Virus genome (UHGV): UHGV-1334481
Origin: a virus
Direction: 5' to 3' (one strand)
DNA: 57,107 nucleotides
Under the pieces are notes generated by a model. That model made no database searches and was not told the origin of the DNA. It saw nothing but the letters and a program-made list of their open reading frames with translations. Shown here one piece after another: positions 1 to 17,229 of this stretch. The translations under genes were made by a program, and so were the position numbers. How positions within the stretch are numbered: the stretch's first letter is position 1; every line of letters begins with the position of its first letter.

Positions 1-540
1 GTTTGGGTCTGTTTTAAGTTTACGAGATTTAACTGCGGTTTGCCATTTATTAATCTGGAATCTAGCATCCGCAATTTCACTATCAGAGCTTTCAAATTTG
101 CTTGTTACTGCAGCATCAGAAAATAGACGAACCTTTAAAAGAACAATTGCAATCTGAAGAGCTAATTCTAAATCGCTTTCTTCAATATCAGCAAATGGTG
201 TATCTTCTAATACTTTATAAACGATATTATTATATTTGAATAAATCGCCTTTATTGAGAGTTAATTTAGACTCTTCTGTTAATTCTGTGATTTGTTCTCG
301 GTCTACATACCCAGCTTCGCCGGCGTAAGTAGCACCAGTTTTAAATGTAAATTCGTTATCCGGGTTAAGGTATTTGATACCATAAAAAGCAGCAACAGGT
401 TGATTAGTTCTTTGCGTTGCTACAATGTCAGAATATATTAATTTAGTGGTAGCGCGAGTCAAAGCAACGAGATTTGGGCGACCGATTGAGTTGCTATTCG
501 TTGTGGTTGATTCGCGCAGAAGTTCGTTGATTTTAGCCAT
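1..540 (-). CDS. 24: head vertex protein gp24 (partial; 3' end of gene lies beyond window start)
   Basis: Minus-strand ATG at 538-540; hand translation MAKINELLRESTTTNSNSIGRPN... matches T4 gp24 N-terminus from memory; open to window edge. Confidence 0.85.
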   Translation of the reverse strand, partial: MAKINELLRESTTTNSNSIGRPNLVALTRATTKLIYSDIVATQRTNQPVAAFYGIKYLNPDNEFTFKTGATYAGEAGYVDREQITELTEESKLTLNKGDLFKYNNIVYKVLEDTPFADIEESDLELALQIAIVLLKVRLFSDAAVTSKFESSDSEIADARFQINKWQTAVKSRKLKTDPN

Positions 541-567
541 TGCGCTTTCCTTTTGGTTTATATGATT

Positions 568-575
568 TATTTATA
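568..575 (-). promoter_or_regulatory. late promoter (TATAAATA) upstream of gene 24
   Basis: Forward tatttata = TATAAATA on minus strand, about 28 nt upstream of the gene 24 ATG. Confidence 0.55.
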
Positions 576-585
576 CCATAAAAAC

Positions 586-610
586 AACTAAAGGGACCCG
601 AAGGTCCCTT
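586..610 (-). terminator. stem-loop after gene 23 (putative terminator)
   Basis: Perfect hairpin aagggacc-cgaa-ggtccctt at 591-610, followed on the minus strand by a T-rich stretch. Confidence 0.4.
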
Positions 611-623
611 AAATCGTCAAAGA

Positions 624-2189
624 TTAGATACCTTTAACATATACACGGCGGAAGTAAGCGTTTTTACCAAGGCTATTCAGAATAGAAGGCATACCGCTCT
701 GGATGCGAGAAGCCGGAGCCTGAGCAGCGGATTCTGCAAATGGGTTGATACCGATACCGTAACGAGTTTTGAATCCCATTACCGGTTGGAAGTTCTTCGG
801 ATCGGAACCACGCAGCGGAGTCAGAGCTACATATGGAGCGTAGTAAATACCAGCATCCATTTCGTTCGGACCTTTATAACCTACAGTGAAATAATCCTGT
901 TTAGCATACTGGTCGATATATACACGGTATTTACCACCCAGAACACCAGCAAATACTGACTTGGTAGTATCAGTGTTAAAGCCGGTAGCCAGACCCTGTG
1001 CAGCATAAGAAATGCCAGTATCAACTGAAGCCAGAACGTTAACTACGTTACGGGAAGCGATAATGAAGTTACCTTCACCACGACCGGTCTGACGAGCAAT
1101 TTCAACAGCTTCTTTGTCAATCTGGAACAGCAGAGCTTTAAAGGATTCACCCGCCCAGCGAGCACCACGAATATCAATCGGATCCTGGAAGTCAAATACA
1201 CCAGCTTTAGAACCCGGAGTCAGGGTCATACCAGATTTACCAACCTGAGCTGAGTAGTTAATCCAATCAACAACTTCACGGTTGATTTCCAACATGATTT
1301 CGGTAGCCAGAATACCAGACAGTTCAGCATCAGCATCCATACCGTGAACAGCGCGGAGGTCTTGTGCTAATTCGATAGAGTAAGCAGCTTTCAGCTGACG
1401 AGATTTAGCTTCGATAACTTGTTTATCGATACGGAAGCCCATTTCATTCCATGGGTTATCGGTAGAACCGTTGAAACCTTCCTGAAGTTCAGCGATAGAA
1501 GTAGCCATACCTTCAGCGATTTCTACCAATGCGCCAGCTTCCATTTGTTTCTTAATTTCAGCATCTAATTTAGCTGCATCATCTGCAGTAGAACTAATTG
1601 TTACTTGAGCAGAAGCTTGCAGATATACAGTACCAGTTTCCTGGAAGAAGTGAGTATAGATATCACCTACTTTGGTTTGTGTGCTAGCAGCCAGAGCTGG
1701 GAATTTCTTAGCAGCACCCTGACCAGAGAACATTGCATCTGGACCATACATTGGGTGGAATGCTTCTTTAGCATCAGCAGCGATTGGGTCTTTACCATAT
1801 ACTGCGCGCAGTGCGAATACCTGACCAGTCGGGCTGTTCATCGGCTGAACACCACAAATATCGAAAGCAATCAGGTTAGGAATAGCACGACGTACCATAC
1901 CCATAACAGCTGGGCCAATCTGAGTTACCGCGCCAGAAGTCTGACCAGCAGCAATGTTAGTAGCGTTGTAACCGTGGTCACCACCGATTTCAGCTTCTGT
2001 TAAGAAAGAACCGAACGCCTGAGCGATTTTTTCGTCTTTGTACTCTGGAGCTGTCTGGAAATCTTTTTCCTGGTTTTCAAAGATTTTAGCGATAATCGCT
2101 TGTTTGCTATTAGCAATTTCCGGTAAACCTTCACCTTCCAGTAATGGCTTCCATTTGTTCAAAAGTTCAGCTTTAGTTTTGATAGTCAT
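624..2189 (-). CDS. 23: major capsid protein gp23
   Basis: 521-aa ORF, MTIKTKAELLNKWKPLLEGEGLPEIANSKQAII...; same length and N-terminus as T4 gp23 (memory). Confidence 0.97.
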   Translation of the reverse strand: MTIKTKAELLNKWKPLLEGEGLPEIANSKQAIIAKIFENQEKDFQTAPEYKDEKIAQAFGSFLTEAEIGGDHGYNATNIAAGQTSGAVTQIGPAVMGMVRRAIPNLIAFDICGVQPMNSPTGQVFALRAVYGKDPIAADAKEAFHPMYGPDAMFSGQGAAKKFPALAASTQTKVGDIYTHFFQETGTVYLQASAQVTISSTADDAAKLDAEIKKQMEAGALVEIAEGMATSIAELQEGFNGSTDNPWNEMGFRIDKQVIEAKSRQLKAAYSIELAQDLRAVHGMDADAELSGILATEIMLEINREVVDWINYSAQVGKSGMTLTPGSKAGVFDFQDPIDIRGARWAGESFKALLFQIDKEAVEIARQTGRGEGNFIIASRNVVNVLASVDTGISYAAQGLATGFNTDTTKSVFAGVLGGKYRVYIDQYAKQDYFTVGYKGPNEMDAGIYYAPYVALTPLRGSDPKNFQPVMGFKTRYGIGINPFAESAAQAPASRIQSGMPSILNSLGKNAYFRRVYVKGI

Positions 2190-2207
2190 TTGTGTTAACC
2201 TTTAAAA

Positions 2208-3017
2208 TTAGAAACGAGATGCGACTTTCGCATATACACTTACAATATCTTCTGCACCAGGTGCAGCTTTATCTTCTACAGCTTCAGTGACGAAATTCAG
2301 TCCGGCTGCTTCAGTATCAGGAGTATTTATACCCTCAGTAATAGTGCTTTCATCTTTATTAGACTTCTTCACCATTTCTACGATGGCACTCAATTTACTT
2401 GAGAATGCATCTGAATAATCCATACCTTCGACCAGAGCAGAGACTTTTTCTTTTTGAGACTCAGTCAGATCTTTAGTACTTTCGCTCAATGCCACTTCAC
2501 GCTGCACATAATTGATATATGCGTCACGCTTATTGAGTTCTTCGAACAGACGAGCTGATTCTTCTTTATGTTCTTGCAGCTCTTCTTCCATTTCAGCTAC
2601 AACATCAACTGATTCTTCTGGAACAACAACGTTGTGTTCAACAAAGAGCTCTTTTAATCCACCAAGCATGGATTCAAACAGTTCGGCTTTGATGCCTTTA
2701 TCAACTGCTAATTTATTTTCAGCGAGCCATTCTTTCGCAAGATGGTCGATGAATTTAGAAGCTTGCTCAGCGATTTTCTTCTCAGCTTTTTCTTCGGCTT
2801 CTTCTTTATTTTTTTCTACTTCTTCTTCTGCTTTTTCAGCAATTTTAGCGATATGAGATTCAGCTAATTTAACGGCGTGCTGCTTGACGGTAGCTTCGAA
2901 TACAGTGCCGAAAGTTTCTTTTGCTTCCGGAGAAATATTAACTGATTCGAAAATACTATCAAGAGCAACGGAAGCATCAATTTTTTGCGCTTCAGCAATC
3001 AGTTGTTCTTTAAGCAT
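2208..3017 (-). CDS. 22: prohead core scaffold protein gp22
   Basis: 269-aa acidic coiled-coil-like ORF directly upstream of gene 23; length and position match T4 gp22. Confidence 0.9.
   Translation of the reverse strand: MLKEQLIAEAQKIDASVALDSIFESVNISPEAKETFGTVFEATVKQHAVKLAESHIAKIAEKAEEEVEKNKEEAEEKAEKKIAEQASKFIDHLAKEWLAENKLAVDKGIKAELFESMLGGLKELFVEHNVVVPEESVDVVAEMEEELQEHKEESARLFEELNKRDAYINYVQREVALSESTKDLTESQKEKVSALVEGMDYSDAFSSKLSAIVEMVKKSNKDESTITEGINTPDTEAAGLNFVTEAVEDKAAPGAEDIVSVYAKVASRF
2324..2331 (-). promoter_or_regulatory. late promoter (TATAAATA) for gene 23, inside 3' end of gene 22
   Basis: Forward tatttata at 2324-2331; matches the known placement of the T4 gene 23 late promoter within gene 22. 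Confidence 0.6.
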
Positions 3018-3044
3018 TTTGTAGTCCTGTTGTTTAGATAATAA

Positions 3045-3052
3045 TATTTATA
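3045..3052 (-). promoter_or_regulatory. late promoter (TATAAATA) upstream of gene 22
   Basis: Forward tatttata 28 nt upstream of the gene 22 start. Confidence 0.55.
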
Positions 3053-3686
3053 ACGCTTTTTTCATGGCCTCTGCGAGAGCCATATAGGCGTCATCGGCAC
3101 TTGTATCGGCTTCCGCCGTCTGTGATTCGGTAATTTCCTTAGGAGTTACCCATGCATCTGGAGCACTTGGACCCCATACTGCATCAACACCTACAGTTAA
3201 TTTGAATCCTTCGTTTACGATACGATAACCTTTATTTGTGTCAGTCAATGAACCTAATCCACGAGAAGAAACTCCTGGAATCCATCCGGCACGAATATTA
3301 GCTGCTAATTTATCTCCAGGACCATGGTCACCTTCAATAACACGAGCTCGTCCGTATACGTCATTTCCTTTCCACCACATATCTTCTATAATGATAGCGG
3401 CTTGCATCGGGTCAACATTAGCGCGTGGAGGATGATTTAATTCTCCGAGAGCTTGTTTAGTTAAAACTTGCTCATTGATATAGTCTTTTACCGCTTTTTC
3501 TAATATGCGTTTTGGATAAAGACGTTTATTTCTATTGACGACTTCCGCTTGCATGAATATTCCTTCGATGTATAAACCGGGTTTTAAACCTAGGTCTTTT
3601 CCATCATGAGATTCAAGCATTGGCACGCCATCAATAATTTCGCCAGGTTGACCCCAAGTTTCAATTAGTAATTGGGGTTCATTCAT
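3048..3686 (-). CDS. 21: prohead core protease gp21
   Basis: 212-aa ORF; length and synteny (between 68 and 22) match T4 gp21. Confidence 0.92.
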   Translation of the reverse strand: MNEPQLLIETWGQPGEIIDGVPMLESHDGKDLGLKPGLYIEGIFMQAEVVNRNKRLYPKRILEKAVKDYINEQVLTKQALGELNHPPRANVDPMQAAIIIEDMWWKGNDVYGRARVIEGDHGPGDKLAANIRAGWIPGVSSRGLGSLTDTNKGYRIVNEGFKLTVGVDAVWGPSAPDAWVTPKEITESQTAEADTSADDAYMALAEAMKKAL

Positions 3687-4111
3687 TAGCTTAATCCTAA
3701 TGCTTTACGGCGTTTAAGAGCTTTTTTACGCTTACGCTGAGCACGAGATTGACCTGCTGGATTGGCAATCTTCGTTTTGGTAGCTTTGCGAGCAATTTGT
3801 CTACGTTTTGCTTTAGACAGCCCGGTGGTTTGAAATGCATTACGTTCACGCGTTTTGCGGTCTTTGGTACGTGTAATTTCACCACGAGCAGAAACATGTT
3901 TAACGATGAATTCATTTAGCGGCATATCTTCATTAATAGAAGCTAATGCAACCGCTAAATCAGTTTCATCATCAAGCATATTCTCGACAATTGTATTTAT
4001 ATCGTCTTTATTTAAAGCAGAAGACAATTCGTCAAAGCGACCCTGTGCTTCAGGAATAAGTGCTTCGACATTCTCGAGAACTAATTCATGAGTTTCAGGG
4101 ATCAGAAGCAT
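3686..4111 (-). CDS. 68: prohead core protein gp68
   Basis: 141-aa ORF with basic C-terminus; length and position match T4 gp68. Confidence 0.8.
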   Translation of the reverse strand: MLLIPETHELVLENVEALIPEAQGRFDELSSALNKDDINTIVENMLDDETDLAVALASINEDMPLNEFIVKHVSARGEITRTKDRKTRERNAFQTTGLSKAKRRQIARKATKTKIANPAGQSRAQRKRKKALKRRKALGLS

Positions 4112-4349
4112 TATTCATCATCCTCGTCTTCGTCATCTTCATCAGAGTCTTTGTCTTTTTTGTCGTCTTTATCATCGCTATCTTCGTCATCTTCATCGTC
4201 AGGTTCTTCACCTTCGATTAAGAAATTACGAGCGATAGCGATTTTTTCTTCTTTAATTAAATCAATCGTTCTTGCAGCCATGGCTTCAGCAAATAATTTA
4301 CGAGCGGCTACGAGGTCGTTTGATTTAATAGCTTCAATTAAACCTTCCA

Positions 4350-4350
<1 letters not shown>
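4111..4350 (-). CDS. 67: prohead core protein gp67 (acidic C-terminal tail)
   Basis: 79-aa ORF with poly-D/E tail; position between 20 and 68 as in T4. Confidence 0.8.
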
Positions 4351-5974
<1,624 letters not shown>

Positions 5975-6006
5975 TTAAGCAGGATGGGGATTTCTCCCCA
6001 TTCATT

Positions 6007-6498
6007 TTATTCCCAATAATCGAGAGCAAGAGTTACTTCAAAGGTTTGGATTTCATTGTTTGAATCCCAATCTAATTGAAGTTCACCCACGTTAGTAGGC
6101 CACAGGCCTTTAATTTCGACTTCTTTTGTTACAGTTTTAGCATCACGAGCATATTGGCGAACAACAGCACTCTTTTTATACTCTGCTGGTTTTCCACCAG
6201 TAATTTCGTTCCCTTGCCCAGCAGCAATGCTTTGCCAATCAACAAACTTCTGGCGAGCATCATGTGCCTCATCGTTCATTACTGTAACAGTCCAGTCATC
6301 GAATGTACGATCGCCTGCTACGTTAATTTTACGGTTCATAAAACCGACTGGAATTTTTTCTACAATACCAGCTGGTAAAGCAGTGGCTTTACATTGAAAC
6401 GTAAAATTTTGTCCAAGATAAGAAATTTCTACTTGGAATAAGTTAGGTCGAGCAAAATCACCAGATTCAAACGCTCGTGTTACATCATCTACAAACAT
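6007..6498 (-). CDS. 19: tail tube protein gp19
   Basis: 163-aa ORF; length and synteny match T4 gp19. Confidence 0.92.
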   Translation of the reverse strand: MFVDDVTRAFESGDFARPNLFQVEISYLGQNFTFQCKATALPAGIVEKIPVGFMNRKINVAGDRTFDDWTVTVMNDEAHDARQKFVDWQSIAAGQGNEITGGKPAEYKKSAVVRQYARDAKTVTKEVEIKGLWPTNVGELQLDWDSNNEIQTFEVTLALDYWE

Positions 6499-6512
6499 AT
6501 TAGCCTCTGTAG

Positions 6513-6520
6513 TATTTATA
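6513..6520 (-). promoter_or_regulatory. late promoter (TATAAATA) upstream of gene 19
   Basis: Forward tatttata 15 nt upstream of the gene 19 start. Confidence 0.5.
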
Positions 6521-6614
6521 TCCCTATGTTTAACCTAGGGCATATAGAATTAAAGAATTAAGGATATAGTGTATTTATATGGCCTGCCGAAACAGGCCTT
6601 TAGAATGCACCGTA

Positions 6615-8594
6615 TTAACCTGCAAGACCAGTTAACTCATCGAAATCTGCACCAGTAGCAGTTGCTACGAAGTTCAAGGTAATGTAGTTAATGCTTCTAG
6701 CCGGTTGAATGTAGAATGTTGCAACAAACTCATTTCTATCAATTACTGACGGAGTGTTATTTGTTGTATCGCAAACTACACGATATTCATAAATTCCACC
6801 GAGAGCTTTAATTCCCTGTAAGTATTGGGCAGTTTCTGTGCGGAATGATGAACGAGTAAACGCGTTGTTTAATTCGAACAAACGATATTTTGAACTACGT
6901 CCGATATTCGTTTTCAACATATTAAACAGACGACGAACGTTAATACGATCAAATGGAGAAGGAACAGAAGTAGCTGTTTTATCACCATATAATACGTAAC
7001 CATCACCACCTGTACCAGTTACTGGGTTGATAGCTTCTTGATATAAACGGTCGCGCTGAGCTTGGCGAGTTTCAATAGCAAGTTTAATAACGTTAAGAAT
7101 CTGGCCACGATTATAACCAGCTGGAGACATCCAAGTCTGAGAAACGTTATCAGTTCTCGCGCATAAACCAGCAATGTCAGCTGCTAATGGAACCCAACGA
7201 TTTACATCATTATATTTGTCATACTGATACTTGTAGTTACCATCAATTGCTGCGTAGGTTGAACTGATATTAAAGTTATTATCAGTGTATGAACCTGATG
7301 CGGTTCTCCAATTGACTAAGTTATCAACAGCACGAGTTACAGGAATTCCAACAACAGTTTCACGCGGTGGTGAGCACAATACTAAGCAATCTTGGCGAGC
7401 ATCTCCAATTGAAACGACGTGTTTTTGGACAGTAGATGCTGTTTCTAAAGATTCACCGGCACAAGAACCCGCAATAAACAACTGAACGTCAACAGATTCG
7501 CGGTCAGCAAAGAAGTCCCAAGCTTCCATCAAATCTCCTGCTGTTACTTCAGCATTTGATGATAATCCACCAGACAGAGTTAAAATTCCAGAGAAGCCTT
7601 CTGGCCAGTTTTGTGCAGTTGCAAAAATATACTCTGAACCGCCTTTTGCGAAAAAGTCATCAATATAGATGTTACTATCGTAAATATCTTTTTCACCACG
7701 CTTTGTTGAAAGAACAACGCTTTGAACAATAGCATCATTGCGACGAACTATGATAGCGTATTGTGAATCAGTTTGCGGTCCATATCCAAACACCGCTTTA
7801 GCAGTAGATGCGCGTGTTCCGCCACCTGGATAAATTGGAAGTAATGCAGAAGCACCTTTTGCGTAGTCAGCTTTAGATACGATTTCAATTTCGATTTTAT
7901 CGCCCAACTCGCCTGGATAAAGAGCTACTACTCCAGGAATTCCATATTTTTCGAGATTTGCCTGAAAGTCAACGGCTGTCATAGCAGCTTCGGCATTTTC
8001 AATTTCAGCTAATAAAATACCAGAATCAGTAATAATTTTTCCAAGAGTTATTACTGCAGCTAAACCAGAGGAAGACGAAGAAATTTCCGCGGTCCAATTA
8101 GAACCTAATGCTGGATATTCGCCTACTTCTTTTGCTTTAGCGATAATTTTTGCGGTAGGAATATTAATTTTCTTAATTTTTCCATCAGCATCTACTTCGG
8201 TAACTTTACATTCTGTTTCAACATCTTCTGAAACATACTTAACCGTGATTTTATCTCCAACCGCGTAGTTACTACCTGGGGTAGAAATAGTGTATTCAAT
8301 ATTACCGGTAATCGGAGATGAGTTTTTAGCGGTATCTCTATCGACAGCACGCACGACTCGCAAATCATTTCCATATTGTAAGAAATTCATTGCAGACATA
8401 AAATAGTCAGCAGTTTCAGTTGTAGGTTGACCAAAAGTATTAACTAAATCTACTTCATTTGTAACCTGTTTAATTTGAAAAGCAGGACCCCACTGGAATT
8501 TACCGGCCAAAGCTGCTGTACCAGTAGAGTTATTAACCACGGTGCTTTGAACCGTAGTTTCTTTGAGCTCAATGCCCGGAGATAATAAAGTCAT
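6615..8594 (-). CDS. 18: contractile tail sheath protein gp18
   Basis: 659-aa ORF, same length as T4 gp18; conserved position. Confidence 0.95.
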   Translation of the reverse strand: MTLLSPGIELKETTVQSTVVNNSTGTAALAGKFQWGPAFQIKQVTNEVDLVNTFGQPTTETADYFMSAMNFLQYGNDLRVVRAVDRDTAKNSSPITGNIEYTISTPGSNYAVGDKITVKYVSEDVETECKVTEVDADGKIKKINIPTAKIIAKAKEVGEYPALGSNWTAEISSSSSGLAAVITLGKIITDSGILLAEIENAEAAMTAVDFQANLEKYGIPGVVALYPGELGDKIEIEIVSKADYAKGASALLPIYPGGGTRASTAKAVFGYGPQTDSQYAIIVRRNDAIVQSVVLSTKRGEKDIYDSNIYIDDFFAKGGSEYIFATAQNWPEGFSGILTLSGGLSSNAEVTAGDLMEAWDFFADRESVDVQLFIAGSCAGESLETASTVQKHVVSIGDARQDCLVLCSPPRETVVGIPVTRAVDNLVNWRTASGSYTDNNFNISSTYAAIDGNYKYQYDKYNDVNRWVPLAADIAGLCARTDNVSQTWMSPAGYNRGQILNVIKLAIETRQAQRDRLYQEAINPVTGTGGDGYVLYGDKTATSVPSPFDRINVRRLFNMLKTNIGRSSKYRLFELNNAFTRSSFRTETAQYLQGIKALGGIYEYRVVCDTTNNTPSVIDRNEFVATFYIQPARSINYITLNFVATATGADFDELTGLAG

Positions 8595-8622
8595 TTTTAA
8601 TCCTCTTTAATATGCTTTAATA

Positions 8623-11763
<3,141 letters not shown>

Positions 11764-11804
11764 GATTTCTCCTAATCTGGGCTTTAATTAGTTTATAATA
11801 TTTA

Positions 11805-13506
<1,702 letters not shown>

Positions 13507-13518
13507 TTAAAATCCTTT

Positions 13519-13534
13519 GGGGCCTTGCGGCCCC
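13519..13534 (-). other. GC-rich stem-loop between wac and gene 13
   Basis: Perfect hairpin ggggcc-ttgc-ggcccc in the 31-nt wac/13 intergenic space; no U-run, so function unclear. Confidence 0.35.
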
Positions 13535-13537
13535 ATG

Positions 13538-14995
13538 TTATGCTGGTGATAAAAAGGTAGAAAGTAATACCCATTCGCCGTCTTTACGAACGTAAGCTTG
13601 GCCATCTTTTGGAGCTTCAGGAATATAACCTGCTTCTTGTAGATCTTGAACGCTACTCTGTAAAGAGGATATATTTTCTTTAACTGTATTTACTTCCTGT
13701 GTGACTGCCGCAATGTTAGTTTCATTCGTTTTTACAGAATTAGTTAATCCTCGTTCTTCAACAGTTGATCCGTCAGGATTATTTCCATTTATAAGTGAAG
13801 TAAGTTCAATAACTTGACCTTTAATTCCTGTTCTATTATTTCCTATTTCAACTTGTATATTTTGAACATTATTGTTTAAAACTGAAACTTCTCCTTCAAT
13901 CACTGAAACTTTATTTAATAGAGATCCAGAAGGAGACGGTTGTCCTCCGCTGGAGTCAGTTCCAACAATTTGATTTAACCATGAAACATTTGCTCTTAAA
14001 CCAGACGAAGTGTTTTCACCGACAATTCCATTTAAAGACTCAATAGAAGTTGTGTGATTTTTAATTTTTCCTTTAATACTAGAAGGAATATCATCTGAAC
14101 CTATAGAAGTTTCAATAGCCGTTAAGCGCTGTTTAACACCTTCACTCTGATTTAATTCATTATTAATAGCTTCAATGCTACTTTTGTTATTATTAATTTC
14201 TGTTATTATAGAAACATTTTCTGGGTATCCAATAGAAGATTTAATTTCTGCTATATCAGAATTTATTAAAGTTTGTTTATCATCTATGGTGTTTAATCTA
14301 TTATAAATATTTGGCCCAAAATCTACCGGTTTATTACCAAGTTCATCGCGTAATTTACCAACTTCAACAGTTAATGATCCTACGTCAGATTCAGTAAATT
14401 TAGTTTCTAATTCGCTTAAACGAATGCCTTGTGAAGATAATAACGTACTATTTGTTATTATTCTGTGTTTCATTCCTGTGCTAGCATTACCAACAACAGG
14501 AAGACCGTTAATGTCTTGACCAGAATATTGTCCTAATTCCTGTTTAATCCACAATAAATCATTTCTAATTGTTCTGTAAACAGAGTTTTCTTCATCATTA
14601 AATGGACCTATATCAGCAATAATTTTGTCAACTGTATTATTAGTTCCAGTTAATATATCAGTGTGTTCATTAGTAAGTGTCTTTAAATTTGATATGTCAT
14701 TTTTATTAACACTGATCTGTGCTAGTGCTTCTATATCTCCTGATACATCTAAAACTCCTTGAATTGTTTTAATATCTTTCTGCGATGTTTCAATGGCAGT
14801 TTTAAGAATTCCCACATTTTCATCAAGAACTTCGACATTTTTAAACACGGAAACAATAGGTCTATTCATTGATCCATCATTTCCATACTTAGTACTAGCT
14901 CCTAATATTTCTTCACCATTTTTAATCCATGAAATACGCTCTTGACCTTCGTCAGGAGCGCTATCAACAAAAGGTAACTCTTTTAATTCAATCAT
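13538..14995 (-). CDS. wac: fibritin (whisker antigen control) wac
   Basis: 485-aa ORF, coiled-coil-like composition, between genes 12 and 13 as in T4 (T4 wac about 487 aa). Confidence 0.88.
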   Translation of the reverse strand: MIELKELPFVDSAPDEGQERISWIKNGEEILGASTKYGNDGSMNRPIVSVFKNVEVLDENVGILKTAIETSQKDIKTIQGVLDVSGDIEALAQISVNKNDISNLKTLTNEHTDILTGTNNTVDKIIADIGPFNDEENSVYRTIRNDLLWIKQELGQYSGQDINGLPVVGNASTGMKHRIITNSTLLSSQGIRLSELETKFTESDVGSLTVEVGKLRDELGNKPVDFGPNIYNRLNTIDDKQTLINSDIAEIKSSIGYPENVSIITEINNNKSSIEAINNELNQSEGVKQRLTAIETSIGSDDIPSSIKGKIKNHTTSIESLNGIVGENTSSGLRANVSWLNQIVGTDSSGGQPSPSGSLLNKVSVIEGEVSVLNNNVQNIQVEIGNNRTGIKGQVIELTSLINGNNPDGSTVEERGLTNSVKTNETNIAAVTQEVNTVKENISSLQSSVQDLQEAGYIPEAPKDGQAYVRKDGEWVLLSTFLSPA

Positions 14996-15004
14996 TTGTA
15001 ATCC

Positions 15005-16555
15005 TTAGTAATGAATTTTAATAATATAGTTTAATGATATATTCCATGGTCTAGTTTCATAACCAATTAATCCTTCACGATTAAGTGTACCATGAGCATC
15101 TCTCGGTCCACCTAATTCAAATCCATCATTAGTGAAGTATGAAGCATTATCCCAGTCGGAATATTTTCTAGTTCCAAGATATCCTTGATAAACTGACGCG
15201 CCAAATGGGCCTTCACTTCTGTTATATTCTCCCCAACCACCGGCGTGTTTATGGTATGACATTTGTTGTGCCTGGACACCACCAACATGCATTCCGTCAC
15301 ATCCTACACCAAGTCTATCCTTTCCATAACCATCTTGTCCTCGTTGATTTAAAATATGACCGCCAGTACCGGCTCCTCTGACGAAAAGACCTCGCATATC
15401 AGGAATACCAGGATTATTCCAATCACCACCAAATCTTGATCCAACTACGTTTCTATAATCAGGAAATTGGTCACCTGACACGGTTCCACCGTGACACATA
15501 ATCCAACCTGGAGGTGCTGAATCACCCGCAAACATCATAATAGTTCCAACTGGAACCCTTTCGGACGCATATCTTTCAGTGGCAACAGGTTGATCGCCAT
15601 TTTTCCACATTCCACCGCGTGACCAAATTCCATTTGCTGTAAGATGGTCTAAATTTAAAGAACCATTAATAGTTTGTCCACCACGAGTATTAATTACATC
15701 TGCGTTCCATGCTAATGCTCCAGAGCTATCACCTTCAGGGGCAATACCGGCTTGCGTCGTTAATTTAACTACTCCACGCATAGAACCGGTAGCTCCTCGA
15801 CCATTTAGTGTTTCACCTGTTACTGCAACACCGCCCAAATTATTATTAATTTCAGTCTGCGTTCCTAGGCGTATAACACCCTTATATTCATGTGTTGCAA
15901 CAGAATTCATAAAGGTATACGGGGAAATTGCATATCCTTCGCGGAGAGTTCCTTGACGAATTTGTGCAACAGTAGATAATTGAACTACTCCTCTCACCGA
16001 TTCTGTTGCAGTGTCTTCTGAAGGAGCTATTTGCGAAATTAATTTTATTGCAAGTTTTTGGGTTTTTAGCGGAGTCATCGCAGTAGTATCATCAACTCCA
16101 GCCAAAGCTGCAGGTGTAGATGATATTTTAATAACCCCGTTTGATGACTCAGACGAATATCTATTTTTGAACACATCGTCAGTGTGGTATTTCAGTTTTT
16201 GTGGTGTTATTGATGAATTATTATCTGAGCCTTTTAATGTTTCTTTATTTGTTGAATAACGCGTTAAACCATATTTAGTTTCAGTAGCATTTGGATACAA
16301 TAATCTTGTTGCTAATGTAGCTGGTGTAACGATTTTAGAATTATTAGTTCCATCTAAAACCTCTTGTTCTGACGCAATCATTGCTATTCCTTTAACTTCC
16401 ATAGTTGCATCAGGAATACCATTTACGCCGATATTACTTATTTTTGATAATGCAGACTGTACTGTCGTAACAGTGCCAGGAAAATTCGATCCTACTGGAT
16501 CGAATTTAACATATTTTGATTCATTTGATACGTGCTGATATGTATTGTTACTCAT
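15005..16555 (-). CDS. 12: short tail fiber protein gp12
   Basis: 516-aa ORF in gp12 position (T4 gp12 is 527 aa from memory; length differs). Confidence 0.88.
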   Translation of the reverse strand: MSNNTYQHVSNESKYVKFDPVGSNFPGTVTTVQSALSKISNIGVNGIPDATMEVKGIAMIASEQEVLDGTNNSKIVTPATLATRLLYPNATETKYGLTRYSTNKETLKGSDNNSSITPQKLKYHTDDVFKNRYSSESSNGVIKISSTPAALAGVDDTTAMTPLKTQKLAIKLISQIAPSEDTATESVRGVVQLSTVAQIRQGTLREGYAISPYTFMNSVATHEYKGVIRLGTQTEINNNLGGVAVTGETLNGRGATGSMRGVVKLTTQAGIAPEGDSSGALAWNADVINTRGGQTINGSLNLDHLTANGIWSRGGMWKNGDQPVATERYASERVPVGTIMMFAGDSAPPGWIMCHGGTVSGDQFPDYRNVVGSRFGGDWNNPGIPDMRGLFVRGAGTGGHILNQRGQDGYGKDRLGVGCDGMHVGGVQAQQMSYHKHAGGWGEYNRSEGPFGASVYQGYLGTRKYSDWDNASYFTNDGFELGGPRDAHGTLNREGLIGYETRPWNISLNYIIKIHY

Positions 16556-17229
16556 GCTACTCTCTCAAAATAATAAAATACTGTAGGTTGTGTGTGACTA
16601 TCTAGCGTAACAGTTTGCGCACCTAATAATTGCCAAGTTCCATACCCAGGTTTAGAAGGAGAAATTATTTCCTGTTTGAAAGTAATTCCTTTATCAGAGT
16701 ATTGTTCTAAGATATGTTCTTGGTTATCTAAATACTTAACTTGTATTTTATTTCCTATGGTAGGATGGTCTTCAAATGAATCAATTGCAATAAATTTTAC
16801 AACCATTTCCTGTAGAGCTATTCTAACGGCACTAGTAAATTCAATTGAAGTCATTCCATTAGTAGCTTTAACTGGAATACCAAACATGTTAACAATAACT
16901 GGGTCACCTGATTTGACTGAAGTATCAGTAACAGTTCCTTCAAATGACCAATAGTCGGTTTGTTGCACGCCAGTAGGAGATACGCCGCTTATATTAACTA
17001 ATACAGCTCCAACCGGTTGCTCTGCCATATTTCTAACGTCATTGATAGCAGATTCTACATTTGAATCATAAAAACCTTTTGATATTTGTGAAATTGTTAC
17101 AGCGCCTACTGGCTGATTATTCATAATCGAAATATCATTTTTCTTAGTTCTAAAACCAAGAAAATCCGCTAAGCGGGAAATAACTCCCGCTTTATTATTA
17201 AGTAAACTCATTATGCAATCCTTATCCAA
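16552..17229 (-). CDS. 11: baseplate wedge protein gp11
   Basis: 225-aa ORF overlapping gene 12 start by 4 nt; synteny with T4 gp11. Confidence 0.88.
   Translation of the reverse strand: MDKDCIMSLLNNKAGVISRLADFLGFRTKKNDISIMNNQPVGAVTISQISKGFYDSNVESAINDVRNMAEQPVGAVLVNISGVSPTGVQQTDYWSFEGTVTDTSVKSGDPVIVNMFGIPVKATNGMTSIEFTSAVRIALQEMVVKFIAIDSFEDHPTIGNKIQVKYLDNQEHILEQYSDKGITFKQEIISPSKPGYGTWQLLGAQTVTLDSHTQPTVFYYFERVA

Noticed and set aside
540-624. Possible homing endonuclease (seg-type) insertion between genes 23 and 24 or elsewhere in the structural block
   Set aside because: Intergenic gaps in the structural block are under 120 nt and no GIY-YIG or HNH-like ORF is present anywhere in the window
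1605-2856. Plus-strand ORFs 1605-2003 and 2512-2856 inside genes 23 and 22
   Set aside because: Antisense to confidently identified, highly expressed structural genes; no RBS and low-complexity translations
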